The position numbers and the translations under genes were made by a program. A DNA stretch of 64,000 nucleotides, taken from an uncultured Chloroflexia bacterium. Lineage in GTDB: Bacteria; Chloroflexota; Dehalococcoidia; DSTF01; JALHUB01. Shown in pieces: positions 8,974-19,025 of the stretch; the stretch's first letter is position 1, and the number at the start of each line of letters is the position of its first letter. The notes beneath the pieces were generated by a model. That model worked only from the letters and a program-made list of their open reading frames with translations. It ran no database searches and was not told the DNA's origin. The stretch lies in NCBI GenBank assembly GCA_963703345.1, contig OY969814.1, positions 2,219,753 through 2,283,752 on the forward strand, given 5' to 3'.

Positions 8974-11046
8974 ATGAAAGAGTACAAGACAGAGGATATC
9001 CGTAACGTCGTCCTCATCGGCCACGGCGGCACCGGCAAGACCACCCTCGCCGAGGCCATCCTCTTCGCCGGCGGCGCCATCAACCGCCTCGGCCGCGTCG
9101 AAGACGGCACGACGACCTCCGACTACGACCCCGACGAAATCAAGCGCACGATAAGTATCAACCTGTCGCTCCTTCCCTGCGAGTGGAAGGGCAAGAAGAT
9201 AAACGTCATCGACGCGCCGGGCTACGCGGACTTCGCCGGCGAGATGCGCGCCGCAGTCCAGGCCGCCGACGCCGCCGTCGTCCTCGTCGACGCCTCTGCC
9301 GGCGTCGAGGTGGGCACCGAGACGTCGTGGGCCGCCGCCGACGCGTTGGGCTTGCCCCGCGCGGTGCTCATCGACCGCATGGACCGCGAGAACGCCGACT
9401 TCGCGCAGGCGCTCGGCCAGGTGCAGTCGTTCTTCGGCAAGAAGTGCGTCGCGCTGCAGCTTCCCATCGGCGCCCAGAGCTCGTTCAGCGGCGTCATCGA
9501 CCTGCTGGCTATGAAGGGTTATTCCGGCGAGAAAGGCACGGAGGGCCCCGTGCCCGACTCGCTGTCCGAGCAGGCGACGCGCTACCGCGAGCAGCTCGTG
9601 GAGGCCATCGCGGAGACTGACGACGAGCTGCTGACGAAGTACCTAGACGGCACGGAGCTGACGGCGGAGGAGCTGACGCGCGGCCTGCGCGGCGGCATCG
9701 CATCCGGCGCCGTAGTGCCCGTGCTCGTCGGCGCGGCGGCGAAGAACATTGGCACGGCGCCGCTGCTCGACACGCTCGCCGCCCACTTTCCATCCCCCAA
9801 GGAAAGGTCTCCCATCAAGGCGAAGCACGCATCGACCGACCAGGAGGAGGATCTGAAGGCCGATCCCGCCGGTCCGCTGGCGGCGCTCGTCTTCAAGACG
9901 ACGGCCGACCCCTACGTCGGCAAGCTCACCTACCTGCGCGTCTACTCAGGCGTCCTCAAAGGCGACTCGCAGGCCTGGAACTCGAACCGGTCCACAATGG
10001 AACGCATCGGCCAGCTCTTCGTCGTGCGGGGGAAGGCGCAGGAGCCGATTCCCCAGCTCGTCGCCGGTGACATCGGCGCGCTGTCGAAGCTGGCGGAGAC
10101 GTCAACCGGCGACACCCTGGCGACGAAGGAGAAGCCGCTCGTCCTGCCGCCGATAACCTTCCCGACGCCCGCCTACAGCGCCGCCGTCCACCCGAAGACG
10201 AAGGCGGACCTCGACAAGATGGGCACAGCGTTGAGCCGCATCGTCGAGGAGGACCCGACGCTGCGCGTCCACCGCGACGCCGACACCAACGAGACGATTC
10301 TCTCCGGGCTGGGCGAGCCGCACCTGGAGGTCGCGGTCGAGAAGGTGCAGCGCAAGTTCGGCGTTGGGCTGGAGCTGACGACGCCCAAGGTGCCATACAA
10401 GGAGACGATAACGGCGGCCAGCACTTCGGAGTACACGCACAAGAAGCAGACCGGCGGCCACGGACAGTACGCGCGTGTTGCTATCAAGCTGGAGCCTCTG
10501 CCGCGGGGAAGCGGATTCCAGTTCGAGGACAAGATCGTGGGCGGTGTGGTGCCGAAGACCTACATCCCCGCAGTCGAGAAGGGCGTCCACGAGGCGATGC
10601 AGGAGGGCGTGATCGCCCGTTACCCGCTCGTTGACGTCAAGGTGACGCTTTACGACGGCAAGGAGCACCCCGTCGACTCCTCGGAGATGGCCTTCAAGCT
10701 AGCGGGCTCGGCGGCGCTGAAGCAGGGCGTGAACCAGGGCCGGCCCATCCTCGTCGAGCCGATCATGACCCTTCGCGTCACGGTCCCGGAGGCGAACACC
10801 GGCGACGCCATGGGCGACCTCAACAGCAAGCGGGCGAAGGTGCTGGGGATATCGCCGCAGGAGGGCTACAGCGTCATCGAGGCGCTGGTGCCGCTGGCGG
10901 AGGTGCAGCACTACGCGACGGACTTGCGCTCCATAACGCAGGGCCGCGGCCACTACGACCTGGAGTTCGACCACTACGAAGAAGTGCCGGCGCACCTGGC
11001 GCAGAAGATCATCGACAAGGCGAAAGAGGAAACCAAGTCCTCCTGA
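8974..11046 (+). CDS. fusA: elongation factor G paralog (EF-G2-like)
   Basis: GHGGTGKTT, DAPG, DRMD, HKKQTGGHGQY, VDSSEMAF, LRSITQGRG; not in an str operon and G2 motif RTISI deviates from canonical RGITI. Confidence 0.92.
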   Translation: MKEYKTEDIRNVVLIGHGGTGKTTLAEAILFAGGAINRLGRVEDGTTTSDYDPDEIKRTISINLSLLPCEWKGKKINVIDAPGYADFAGEMRAAVQAADAAVVLVDASAGVEVGTETSWAAADALGLPRAVLIDRMDRENADFAQALGQVQSFFGKKCVALQLPIGAQSSFSGVIDLLAMKGYSGEKGTEGPVPDSLSEQATRYREQLVEAIAETDDELLTKYLDGTELTAEELTRGLRGGIASGAVVPVLVGAAAKNIGTAPLLDTLAAHFPSPKERSPIKAKHASTDQEEDLKADPAGPLAALVFKTTADPYVGKLTYLRVYSGVLKGDSQAWNSNRSTMERIGQLFVVRGKAQEPIPQLVAGDIGALSKLAETSTGDTLATKEKPLVLPPITFPTPAYSAAVHPKTKADLDKMGTALSRIVEEDPTLRVHRDADTNETILSGLGEPHLEVAVEKVQRKFGVGLELTTPKVPYKETITAASTSEYTHKKQTGGHGQYARVAIKLEPLPRGSGFQFEDKIVGGVVPKTYIPAVEKGVHEAMQEGVIARYPLVDVKVTLYDGKEHPVDSSEMAFKLAGSAALKQGVNQGRPILVEPIMTLRVTVPEANTGDAMGDLNSKRAKVLGISPQEGYSVIEALVPLAEVQHYATDLRSITQGRGHYDLEFDHYEEVPAHLAQKIIDKAKEETKSS

Positions 11047-11230
11047 CGCCTCCGCGCGGCGCTGCTCCGTCCTCCAAAGGGCCCACTTCTACCGTTTCAC
11101 CCGTCACTGATACGCGGCTTCACCGGCGACGATTCAGGGAGTGCTCCTATCGCCTGAATAAACATGCTATGATCCGTGCGACCGCCTGCTCCCGCTCGGC
11201 CTGACCTCGACCGTCGAAAGGAGCGCCTCT

Positions 11231-12520
11231 TTGCCCGACACGGCTGTCGCGGCGCTGATACTCGGCCTCACCTATCTCGCGATCGCTTCCGAGCGCGTGA
11301 ACCGGACGGCCGCGGCGCTTGCCGGCGCCGTCGCCATGATCGCCGTCAAGCTCGACGGCTTCGATCAGACCGCCGCCTTCGCCGCCATCGATTTCAACGT
11401 CATCTTCCTGCTGGCCGGCATGATGATCCAGGTCAGCGTCCTCTCGCGCACGGGCGTCTTTGAGTGGCTGGCGACACATGCGGCGGCGATGACCCACGGC
11501 AGCCCGGTGCGCATCCTCATCGCCCTCTCGCTGGCGACGGCAGTGCTGTCGGCGTTGCTGGACAACGTAACGACCGTCGTGCTCATCGCCCCGGTGACGA
11601 TATCCGTGGCCAGCGCGCTACGCATGAAAGCGACGCCGCTCCTCATCTCGGAGGCGATAGCCTCGAACATCGGTGGCAGCGCCACGCTTATCGGCGACCC
11701 CCCGAACATCGTCATCGGCAGCGCCGCTCACCTCGACTTCGTCTCTTTCCTGGTGAACGTGGCGCCCATCATTGTGCTCATCCTTGCCATTTACCTGGCG
11801 GTGGCGCCGCGGCTGTTCTCGTTGCATCTTCTGGAGACCGAGTCACGGCGGAAGCGCATCGAGGAGATGGAGACCAAGACACTCATCCGCGACCCGGCGC
11901 TCCTTCGCCTGTCGGGCGCCGTGCTGGGTCTGACGCTCGTCGGGTTCGGCCTGCACGGCGTCCTCGGCTACCAGCCGGCGACTGTGGCCCTTTTCGGCGC
12001 AGCGATCGTCCTGCTGCTGGGACGGCAGAACGTCCATAACGTGCTTCTGGACGTCGAGTGGTCTACGCTGCTGTTCTTTGTCGGACTGTTCATCGTCATC
12101 GGCGGCACGGAATCCGTGGGGCTGCTGAGCGACGCCGGCGACAGGCTGGCGAGCGCGACGCATGGCAACGCGACGGCAGCTTCGATGGTCGTGCTCTCGT
12201 TTTCGGCGCTGGCGTCGGGCATTATAGACAACATCCCTTGTACGACGGCAATGCTTCCTGTCGTGCGTCAGGTGGGCACGAGCATCGGCGGCGGGGGCGG
12301 CCCGGGCAACGTGCTGTGGTGGTCGCTGTCGCTGGGCGCCTGCCTGGGCGGCAATCTGACGCTAATCGCTGCATCAGCGAACGTGCTGATGGCAAATCTG
12401 GCAGCGAGGGAAGGGGAACGAATCCGCTTCTGGGAGTTCTTCCGTTATGGCGCGCCGGTTACCGTGCTTTCGATTGCCGTCTCGGCGGTGTACTTGTGGT
12501 TGCGCTACCTGCTGTTCTAG
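11231..12520 (+). CDS. ArsB/NhaD (IT superfamily, P-protein-like) ion transporter
   Basis: SALLDNVTT, SNIGGSATLIGDPPN, IDNIP, GACLGGNLTLIAASAN; ~12 TM. Confidence 0.88.
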   Translation: MPDTAVAALILGLTYLAIASERVNRTAAALAGAVAMIAVKLDGFDQTAAFAAIDFNVIFLLAGMMIQVSVLSRTGVFEWLATHAAAMTHGSPVRILIALSLATAVLSALLDNVTTVVLIAPVTISVASALRMKATPLLISEAIASNIGGSATLIGDPPNIVIGSAAHLDFVSFLVNVAPIIVLILAIYLAVAPRLFSLHLLETESRRKRIEEMETKTLIRDPALLRLSGAVLGLTLVGFGLHGVLGYQPATVALFGAAIVLLLGRQNVHNVLLDVEWSTLLFFVGLFIVIGGTESVGLLSDAGDRLASATHGNATAASMVVLSFSALASGIIDNIPCTTAMLPVVRQVGTSIGGGGGPGNVLWWSLSLGACLGGNLTLIAASANVLMANLAAREGERIRFWEFFRYGAPVTVLSIAVSAVYLWLRYLLF

Positions 12521-12527
12521 TTATTTC

Positions 12528-14189
12528 CTAGGCGTCTTTCTTCGTTGCCGGCGGACCGGATTCGCTCGCCGAATTGGGCTTCCACGCCTCCGGCACGTCG
12601 ACGCGCATGTGGTCGCGGCCGAGAAAGTAAGTCAGCCAGGACGACTGCCGCTGAAGCTCCCAGTTCCGCGTGATGACCGGCATGTTGCGCATCTCCTCTT
12701 CGCGGCCCGCCGCCTTCAGCCGGTTATAGACGCGCACGTAGAAGCAATCGCGGTCCGGGTAGACCTCGCACTTGCCGCGGAAGGAGCCGCCGCAGGGGCC
12801 GTTGCGCAGGCCTTTCGGACAGCCCGACTCCGGACAAAGATAGGCCAAGTGCGGCAGCGCGCAGTCGCCGCACTCCTGGCAGCCAACGCCGACTTCTTTC
12901 GACAGCTTCTCGACCCACTGCACGCCGCCTCGGAGGAGTCGATTTCCGTCGGCGACGTGGGCGGCGCGCTGCATGGCGCGAAAGCCTCGCGTGCCGGGCT
13001 GGAAGACGGCGTCGTGGAGGGCGCTCATGGCGCGGAAGTGCAGGCGAGGGCCTCCCTCCGGGTTCGCCAGGCCCTTGCGATCGACGGGCGTCGCGGCGTT
13101 GAGGCCGGTGGCGGCATCGGTCTCGAAATAGTAGAACTGGCGCTCCGCCGGCTCTATCGGATAGACCATCGTCCGCATGTGCTCCTGCCAGTCGGGCTGG
13201 AACTCAGCCGCGCGGTCGATTATCTCCTTCGCCTCCTCCACCTTCAGGCCGAAGCCGCCCAGATGAACGCCCTGGTAGCCGAGCCCGCGCACCACGGCGA
13301 ACATCTTCGCGGCGCGCTCCAGGAAGCGCGGCCGGCCCTCCTTACCCTTGGGAAACGACTCCAAGTAGCGCAGCAGCGCGTCGGGCACGACGGCGCCGGG
13401 CACCTGGTTCGCGTTCATCGTGCGGGCGACGCCGGCGTTGAGAACGTAGACGTTGCCGATGACCGGCACTTCGACGCCTTGCAGGTCGAGGTGCTGCTTC
13501 AGCTCCTGCACCTTGCGCATATCGTAGCCGAGCTGACTGATGACAAAGCGCGCCCCGGCGTTCAGCTTCCGGTGCAGCTTGTAGTACTGCGTCATCTGCT
13601 CGGCCTCCGTCTGCTTGAAAGGCGAGACGCAGGCGCCGACGAAGAAGTCGCAGGCGGGCGCTGGCGCCCCCTTGCGGTCGACATCGACCAGGCCGGCGTT
13701 CATGTCGCCGAGGAGCTTGATGAGCGTGACGGCGTCGAGGTCGAAGGCCGGCTTCGACGCGCCCCAGTAGCCCTCCTTCGGGTAATCGCCTGTCAGCGCG
13801 AGGATGTTCCGCAGGGCCATCCGCTCCAGCGCGTAGCCACGCGAGACGGCGCCGTTGCGCGTGAGGTCCTTGCAGGTGAAGTGGACGATGCAGTCGAGGC
13901 CGACGGCCTGTATCTCTCGCGCCAACTCGTCGGGCATAATGGCGTGGCCGCCGCCGGGGTTGTCGGTAAGGCTCATCGCGTGGATGCGGCCGTCGGCCGC
14001 AAGCTCTTCGGCATCCTTGAGGAGCGTATCGATGCCGCGACCGCTCGGCCCGGCTGCGGGCACCGCCTCCAGCGTCACGACGAACTCGCCGCGTTCCAGC
14101 GCGCTCCGAAAGCGGCTCGGACGCGATGAGGCGTCGATAGCAGATGCGTCAGGAGCTGTATTCGATAGTTCTTCCGCCACGCGCGCCAT
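12528..14189 (-). CDS. metF: methylenetetrahydrofolate reductase MetF with fused C-terminal MetV-like Cys-rich domain
   Basis: SLTDNPGG, VHFTCKD, LALTGDY, ISQLGYD; C-term CQECGDC..CPESGCPKGLRNGPCGGS..CEV..C. Confidence 0.85.
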   Translation of the reverse strand: MARVAEELSNTAPDASAIDASSRPSRFRSALERGEFVVTLEAVPAAGPSGRGIDTLLKDAEELAADGRIHAMSLTDNPGGGHAIMPDELAREIQAVGLDCIVHFTCKDLTRNGAVSRGYALERMALRNILALTGDYPKEGYWGASKPAFDLDAVTLIKLLGDMNAGLVDVDRKGAPAPACDFFVGACVSPFKQTEAEQMTQYYKLHRKLNAGARFVISQLGYDMRKVQELKQHLDLQGVEVPVIGNVYVLNAGVARTMNANQVPGAVVPDALLRYLESFPKGKEGRPRFLERAAKMFAVVRGLGYQGVHLGGFGLKVEEAKEIIDRAAEFQPDWQEHMRTMVYPIEPAERQFYYFETDAATGLNAATPVDRKGLANPEGGPRLHFRAMSALHDAVFQPGTRGFRAMQRAAHVADGNRLLRGGVQWVEKLSKEVGVGCQECGDCALPHLAYLCPESGCPKGLRNGPCGGSFRGKCEVYPDRDCFYVRVYNRLKAAGREEEMRNMPVITRNWELQRQSSWLTYFLGRDHMRVDVPEAWKPNSASESGPPATKKDA

Positions 14190-14241
14190 CCCTTCCGATG
14201 CGCCGGCTCTCGAGGCGGTCTCCTGGCCGTCACCGCCGCAG

Positions 14242-15879
14242 CTAGATGAGACGGATCGTCTGGCCGGAGGAGTCGACCTGCATGAGCTCTGCGGCCGACA
14301 CCCGCGGCAGACCGGGCATCGTAACAATGTTACCACAGAGCATGACGATGAGCCCGGCGCCGGCGCAGAGGCGGACCTCGTTCACGCGGACTTTGAAGTC
14401 GCGGGGAACGCCGCGCAGCTCGGCGTTGTCGGAGAGGGATGCCGGCGTCTTGGCGACGCAGATGGGCAGGTTGCCGGCGCCCAGCATCTCGATCTGCTCG
14501 ATGCCTGCGAGCGCCCGGCGGTCGTACTCAACGCCGGATGCACCATACATCCGGATCGCTATCGTTTCCATCTTTTCGCGCACCGGCAGGTCGAGCGGGT
14601 AGAGAAAGCGCAGCGACGAGGAGCCTTCGTTCGCGACCTTCATGACGCCTTCGGCAAGCTCGACGGCGCCAGCGCTGCCCCCAGCAAAGCCATCGCAGAC
14701 GGTCGCAGCCACGCCCAGCGCCTCGCAGCGTCGCCGCACTTCGTCTAGCTCCGCGTCGGTGTCGTCGGCGAAGCGATTCATGGCGACGATTGGGACGACG
14801 CCGAAGGCGCGCACGTTCTCGACGTGCTTCGCCAAGTTGGCGAAACCGGCGTCCAGCGATCCGTCACCGTGGTACTTGAGAGCGCGCACGGTTGCCACGA
14901 CTACGGCGGCGCTCGGCTCGAGCCCGCCGATGCGACACTTGATGTCGAAGAACTTCTCGGCGCCGAGGTCGGACCCGAAGCCCGCTTCTGCGACAGCATA
15001 TTCAGTCAGCTTGAGCGCCATGCGCGTGGCGAAGAGCGTGTTGCAGCCGTGGGCGACGTTGGCGAAGGCGCCGCCGTGAATGAACGCCGGTGTATGGTCG
15101 ATCGTTTGCACCAGATTGGGCTGAACGGTGTCGCGCAGGAGGATGACCATCGCCGCGTCGCCGCTCAACTGCTCGCAAGTGACCGGCTCTCCCTTAAAGG
15201 TATAGCCGACGATTATTCGTTTGATCCGCTCGTGCAGGTCCGCCGTGTCCTGCGAGAGGCTGAGGATGGTCATGACCTCGGACGCAGGCGTTATGTCGAA
15301 CCCGTCGCGCCGCGGGAAGCCGTTCGCCGTGCCGCCGAGGCCGACGATGATGTCGCGAAGAGCGCGGTCGTTCAGGTCGATGACCCGCTTCCAGGTGACG
15401 CGGCGGGAGTCGATCTGGAGCGAATTGCCGTAGTAGAGGTGGTTATCGATCATGGAGGCGAGGAGGTTGTTCGCCTTCGACACGCCGTACATGTCGCCGG
15501 TGAAGTGGAGGTTGATGTCTTCCGCCGGCACCACCTGGGCGTAGCCGCCGCCGGTCGCGCCGCCCTTCATCCCGAAGTAAGGTCCAAGCGACGGCTCGCG
15601 GATGCAGACGCCGGCCTTCTTGCCGAGGCGGCCTATGGCGTCGGCGAGGCTGATGGCGACGGTGGTCTTCCCTTCGCCGCTGCGGGTGGGGGTGATCGCC
15701 GTGATGAGGATGAGCTTGCCGTCGGGTCTGTCGTGGCGCTCCTGGAGGATGGAGAGCGGAAGCTTGGCGATGTAGCGGCCGTGCGGGTTGATCGTGTCAG
15801 CGTCGAGCCCGAGGGCCCGCGCCACTTCGGCGATCGGCAGCTTCTCGACGCTCTGTTCGATTTCCAGGTTCGTCTTCAC
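14242..15879 (-). CDS. fhs: formate--tetrahydrofolate ligase
   Basis: TAITPTRSGEGKTT, REPSLGP..MKGGATGGGYAQV, INLHFTGD, HGGAFANVAHGCN, TMPGLP; GTG start uncertain. Confidence 0.95.
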   Translation of the reverse strand: MKTNLEIEQSVEKLPIAEVARALGLDADTINPHGRYIAKLPLSILQERHDRPDGKLILITAITPTRSGEGKTTVAISLADAIGRLGKKAGVCIREPSLGPYFGMKGGATGGGYAQVVPAEDINLHFTGDMYGVSKANNLLASMIDNHLYYGNSLQIDSRRVTWKRVIDLNDRALRDIIVGLGGTANGFPRRDGFDITPASEVMTILSLSQDTADLHERIKRIIVGYTFKGEPVTCEQLSGDAAMVILLRDTVQPNLVQTIDHTPAFIHGGAFANVAHGCNTLFATRMALKLTEYAVAEAGFGSDLGAEKFFDIKCRIGGLEPSAAVVVATVRALKYHGDGSLDAGFANLAKHVENVRAFGVVPIVAMNRFADDTDAELDEVRRRCEALGVAATVCDGFAGGSAGAVELAEGVMKVANEGSSSLRFLYPLDLPVREKMETIAIRMYGASGVEYDRRALAGIEQIEMLGAGNLPICVAKTPASLSDNAELRGVPRDFKVRVNEVRLCAGAGLIVMLCGNIVTMPGLPRVSAAELMQVDSSGQTIRLI

Positions 15880-16073
15880 TCTCGGCCCGCCTGTCTCCGG
15901 CAAACGTCGCGTACCAAACGGCATCGGACGCGACGGCTTCGCTTCGTCGCCGTTAGCATACCGCATAGAGAAGGATACGTTATGATTATCGGATAGAGGA
16001 AGGCGCGCCATTCCCCCAGGACGGCGTCGACGGTCGCCCGCGCTTGCGCGACCTGGTTTGCTATAATCGCCCC

Positions 16074-17207
16074 ATGTTGAATCGGCGTTCCCTTTCACTC
16101 GGTTTGGCGGCGCTGGTCGTCCTCTTCGCTGCAGCATGCGGCAGCGGCGGGCAAACGGCGCCACCTTCGCCCACAGTCGCAATCCCCACGGATACTGCCG
16201 TCGCCAGTCCCGAGCAAGTGGCCGCGGCAAGAGCCGTCTTCAGCGTTATCGGCGCCAACGAGCCCGGCTGCTCGGTAGCGGTCGGCGAGGATGGCAACGT
16301 CGTCTGGGCAGAGGGCTTCGGCCTGGCGAACGTAGAGACGGGCGCGCCGATAACGCCGGACACCGTCTTCGACATCGCGTCAACGTCGAAGCAGTTCACC
16401 GCGACGGCGATCCTGTTGCTCGCTCAGGAGGGGAAGGTCGACCTCGACGCTCCGGTGCGACGTTACCTGCCGCAGCTCCCGTCGTGGGCGGACCGCGTGA
16501 CCTTGCGTCAGATGATGCACCACACGGCCGGCATTCCGGAATTCATCGGTCTGCTCGAAATGCGCGGCTTCACGATCAGCTTGCCGACGACCGCGGAAGA
16601 CGCGATGGCGGCGCTGGAAGCGGTCCAGGAGCTCGACTTCGAGCCCGGCACGCGCTTCAACTATTCGAACTCGAACTACTTCCTCTTGTCGCAGGTGGTC
16701 GAAGCCGTTACCGGCCAGACGCTGACGGCGTATCTCCGCGACACTATCTTCGTGCCGCTGGGCCTGAAGGCGGTGATGGACCCCGTCGCCACGATTCCGG
16801 GAAAGGCCGTGCCATACCGCCTGGAGGGCGAAACGTGGATTTCCGACGCGGTACCCTGGGGGCAAACGGGTTTCAGTGGCGTTCAGACCACCCCGAGCGA
16901 GCTCGTGCGCTGGGCCGCTCAGTACTGGGACCCGACCATCGGCGGCGAGCAATTGCTGGCGGCCCGCAGCGAGGGCGCGGTCCCCTATCCGTTCACCGAT
17001 TGGCTGTACGGCGCCGGAATCTTCATCGAGCCGACGGATAGCGGCGGGAAGCTGTTTGAGCATCCCGGCGACTGGGGGGGATACGTGGCGCAGTTGCTCA
17101 TCCTGCCGGAGGAGCGTCTGGCCGTGGCGGTTTCGTGCAATCGCATCGAGTCGGTTGACTCGACTGATCTAGCGCGCAAGGTGATGGCTGCTTGGCGCGG
17201 CGGGTGA
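16074..17207 (+). CDS. beta-lactamase-family serine hydrolase, lipoprotein
   Basis: Lipobox FAAAC, SxxK (STSK), YSN, HPG. Confidence 0.9.
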   Translation: MLNRRSLSLGLAALVVLFAAACGSGGQTAPPSPTVAIPTDTAVASPEQVAAARAVFSVIGANEPGCSVAVGEDGNVVWAEGFGLANVETGAPITPDTVFDIASTSKQFTATAILLLAQEGKVDLDAPVRRYLPQLPSWADRVTLRQMMHHTAGIPEFIGLLEMRGFTISLPTTAEDAMAALEAVQELDFEPGTRFNYSNSNYFLLSQVVEAVTGQTLTAYLRDTIFVPLGLKAVMDPVATIPGKAVPYRLEGETWISDAVPWGQTGFSGVQTTPSELVRWAAQYWDPTIGGEQLLAARSEGAVPYPFTDWLYGAGIFIEPTDSGGKLFEHPGDWGGYVAQLLILPEERLAVAVSCNRIESVDSTDLARKVMAAWRGG

Positions 17208-17287
17208 GGCCGGCGGGGAAAGCAGGTCGGCGAGATGTGCTAAGTGGCGGGCCTTGGGTTGGCCGTTCTTGTGCCGTCGGGAACGCG

Positions 17288-17316
17288 TTGACAGGCGTCG
17301 AGGGCGGCAATAGAAT
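17288..17316 (+). promoter_or_regulatory. native tRNA promoter
   Basis: TTGACA-17-TAGAAT ending 11 bp before the tRNA 5' half. Confidence 0.85.
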
Positions 17317-17327
17317 TGGGAGCGCGA

Positions 17328-17365
17328 GCGGGAATAGCTCAGTTGGTAGAGCATCTGCTTCCCAA
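17328..17365 (+). pseudogene. tRNA-Gly(CCC) 5' half (att site of left island)
   Basis: 38 nt identical to 21830-21867, stopping at the anticodon loop CTTCCCAA. Confidence 0.92.
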
Positions 17366-17513
17366 ACATTTGTTCGCTAACGCTGTCCTTCGAACTCGCA
17401 CACCCTCACCGAAAACCTCACAGTTATCAACTGTTCACGCGCCAGCCGAATAGCGCATAACTGACCGAAACTGGCGGTCGCTGGGCTTCGCGGGCGCGCG
17501 CTTCCTAACCCTG

Positions 17514-17684
17514 CTATGCGGCCCGCGCCCGCTCGTCTGCCGTGAGCAGCCGCTTTCGCAGTCGCAAGCTCTTCGGCGTCACCTCCAGCATCTCGTCCTC
17601 GGCAATCCACTCGAGCGCTTGTTCGAGCGACATTCGCACCACTGGCAAGAGTTGCACGGCGATGTCGGACGTGGACGAGTGCGT
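17514..17684 (-). pseudogene. typA: 3'-terminal fragment of typA/bipA GTPase
   Basis: [41 protein letters not shown] matches the TypA C-terminus; no upstream GTPase domains. Confidence 0.8.
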
Positions 17685-17851
17685 ATCCCATTTTGGGACT
17701 ATGGGGCGGTTCATCGGTCGTTGTTCGAGAGCCGCTTTGCAGCAACAAAACAGTCGCGATACTCCTGCCTAGCCTTCGGGCACGAGCAGGTCAAGCGCCA
17801 CTCGCTTACTTAAATCCCTGCCTCGTGCGCCTGATTCCGCGGGTCCGTCAC

Positions 17852-18913
17852 TCAGTTGGGGCCGGCCTTGAAGGCGACGATCTGTCCGCGCCAGTTGGCG
17901 GACTGGCCCCCGCTTATTGTCCCGCTTGTAGAGTAGGTGCCGGTCGTGTAGACGATCAGGTCAGCGGCGCTGTAGTCGTACTTGTTATTGCCATGGCCAT
18001 AGGTGTCCAGTTCCAGCGTGAACGAGTTCGACCAATCGGTTATGTGGGCGCCGCCGTCGGACGTGGAGCCGACGACGAGCAACTCGACCGACTGTGCGGT
18101 CGTCACGCTGCCCGAAGATGGGCCCCCGTCGTACCCCGTGGCGGAACCTGTCTGGTCCAGCGGGGATACCGTCTTTATTCCGCTGTATTCCAGGAGGCGA
18201 AGGCCGAGATCAGTGGCCGTGCCGACGGTAACGGTGACATTCTTATCGGCTGAGCCGGACGATATCTTGTAGAAGATAGCCTGACTCGGTGTGCCACTCT
18301 CGTTGATGGCACTGGACCAGCCTGAGGGCACGTTGATGACCGTGCTGCCAAGCCCGCCTACGATTGCGACCAGAAGGTGGTTCGCCACCGGGTTTGGCGA
18401 GAACGACGCGGATACGCTTGTCGCACCGCTCGCGTCGCCATCGGCCGTCTGGATTAGAACCGGGAGCTCCGGCACGATCACCGTCCGCTGGTTGCTCGCC
18501 TGGGAGGTCCAGTTGCCGAGCTTGCCTTCGATCTCGTAGCAGTAGTAGCCTGCGGCGCCGGGAGTGTCAGTGTAGCTCGTCGTGCCGACTGTGGTAACCG
18601 TACTGAACGATCCCGGCGGACAGGCGCTTGCCCCGCGGAGGACAATCGACTGATTAGACGGATCGCCCGGCGGCGGCGTCCAGGAGAGGGCCACCGTGCC
18701 CGTCGCGCCGGCGCCAGAGGGAGTGGGTACAGCCAGCGTGGGCGCGCCGAGCGAGTTGTTGCCGAGCACGTTGGTGGGGTTGCCGGTCCCAGCATTGATC
18801 GAAGCATAAGTGAAGGTAATGGCGTTACTGAGCACGACGACTAGTACTACAGTAAGCGCCGTCAGCAATCCCAACAATCGCTTGGCGCTGTTTGTGTTTC
18901 GCCCTGGTGGCAC
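17852..18913 (-). CDS. secreted SipW-type signal protein with FN3-like and beta-rich domains
   Basis: Signal ..ITFTYASINAGTGNPTNVLG; VALSWTPP..YTD..YCYEI FN3-like; Ser/Thr/Gly rich. Confidence 0.7.
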   Translation of the reverse strand: MPPGRNTNSAKRLLGLLTALTVVLVVVLSNAITFTYASINAGTGNPTNVLGNNSLGAPTLAVPTPSGAGATGTVALSWTPPPGDPSNQSIVLRGASACPPGSFSTVTTVGTTSYTDTPGAAGYYCYEIEGKLGNWTSQASNQRTVIVPELPVLIQTADGDASGATSVSASFSPNPVANHLLVAIVGGLGSTVINVPSGWSSAINESGTPSQAIFYKISSGSADKNVTVTVGTATDLGLRLLEYSGIKTVSPLDQTGSATGYDGGPSSGSVTTAQSVELLVVGSTSDGGAHITDWSNSFTLELDTYGHGNNKYDYSAADLIVYTTGTYSTSGTISGGQSANWRGQIVAFKAGPN

Positions 18914-19025
18914 AGCTGTACTCTCTGTGCTAAGTCATATGGCTTAGCTTGCTCCTGACTTGGGATCGGACTCCCGATGAGGGAGGAGTATTCCTCCCCC
19001 TTAGGTTATCGGCGAGTTGTACCTC

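Noticed and set aside
12447-15996. 560-aa and 390-aa plus-strand ORFs
   Set aside because: Antisense to clearly identified metF and fhs.
15880-16070. ZTP or THF riboswitch upstream of fhs
   Set aside because: Consensus elements not found by eye; only a generic hairpin. An Infernal/Rfam scan would settle it.
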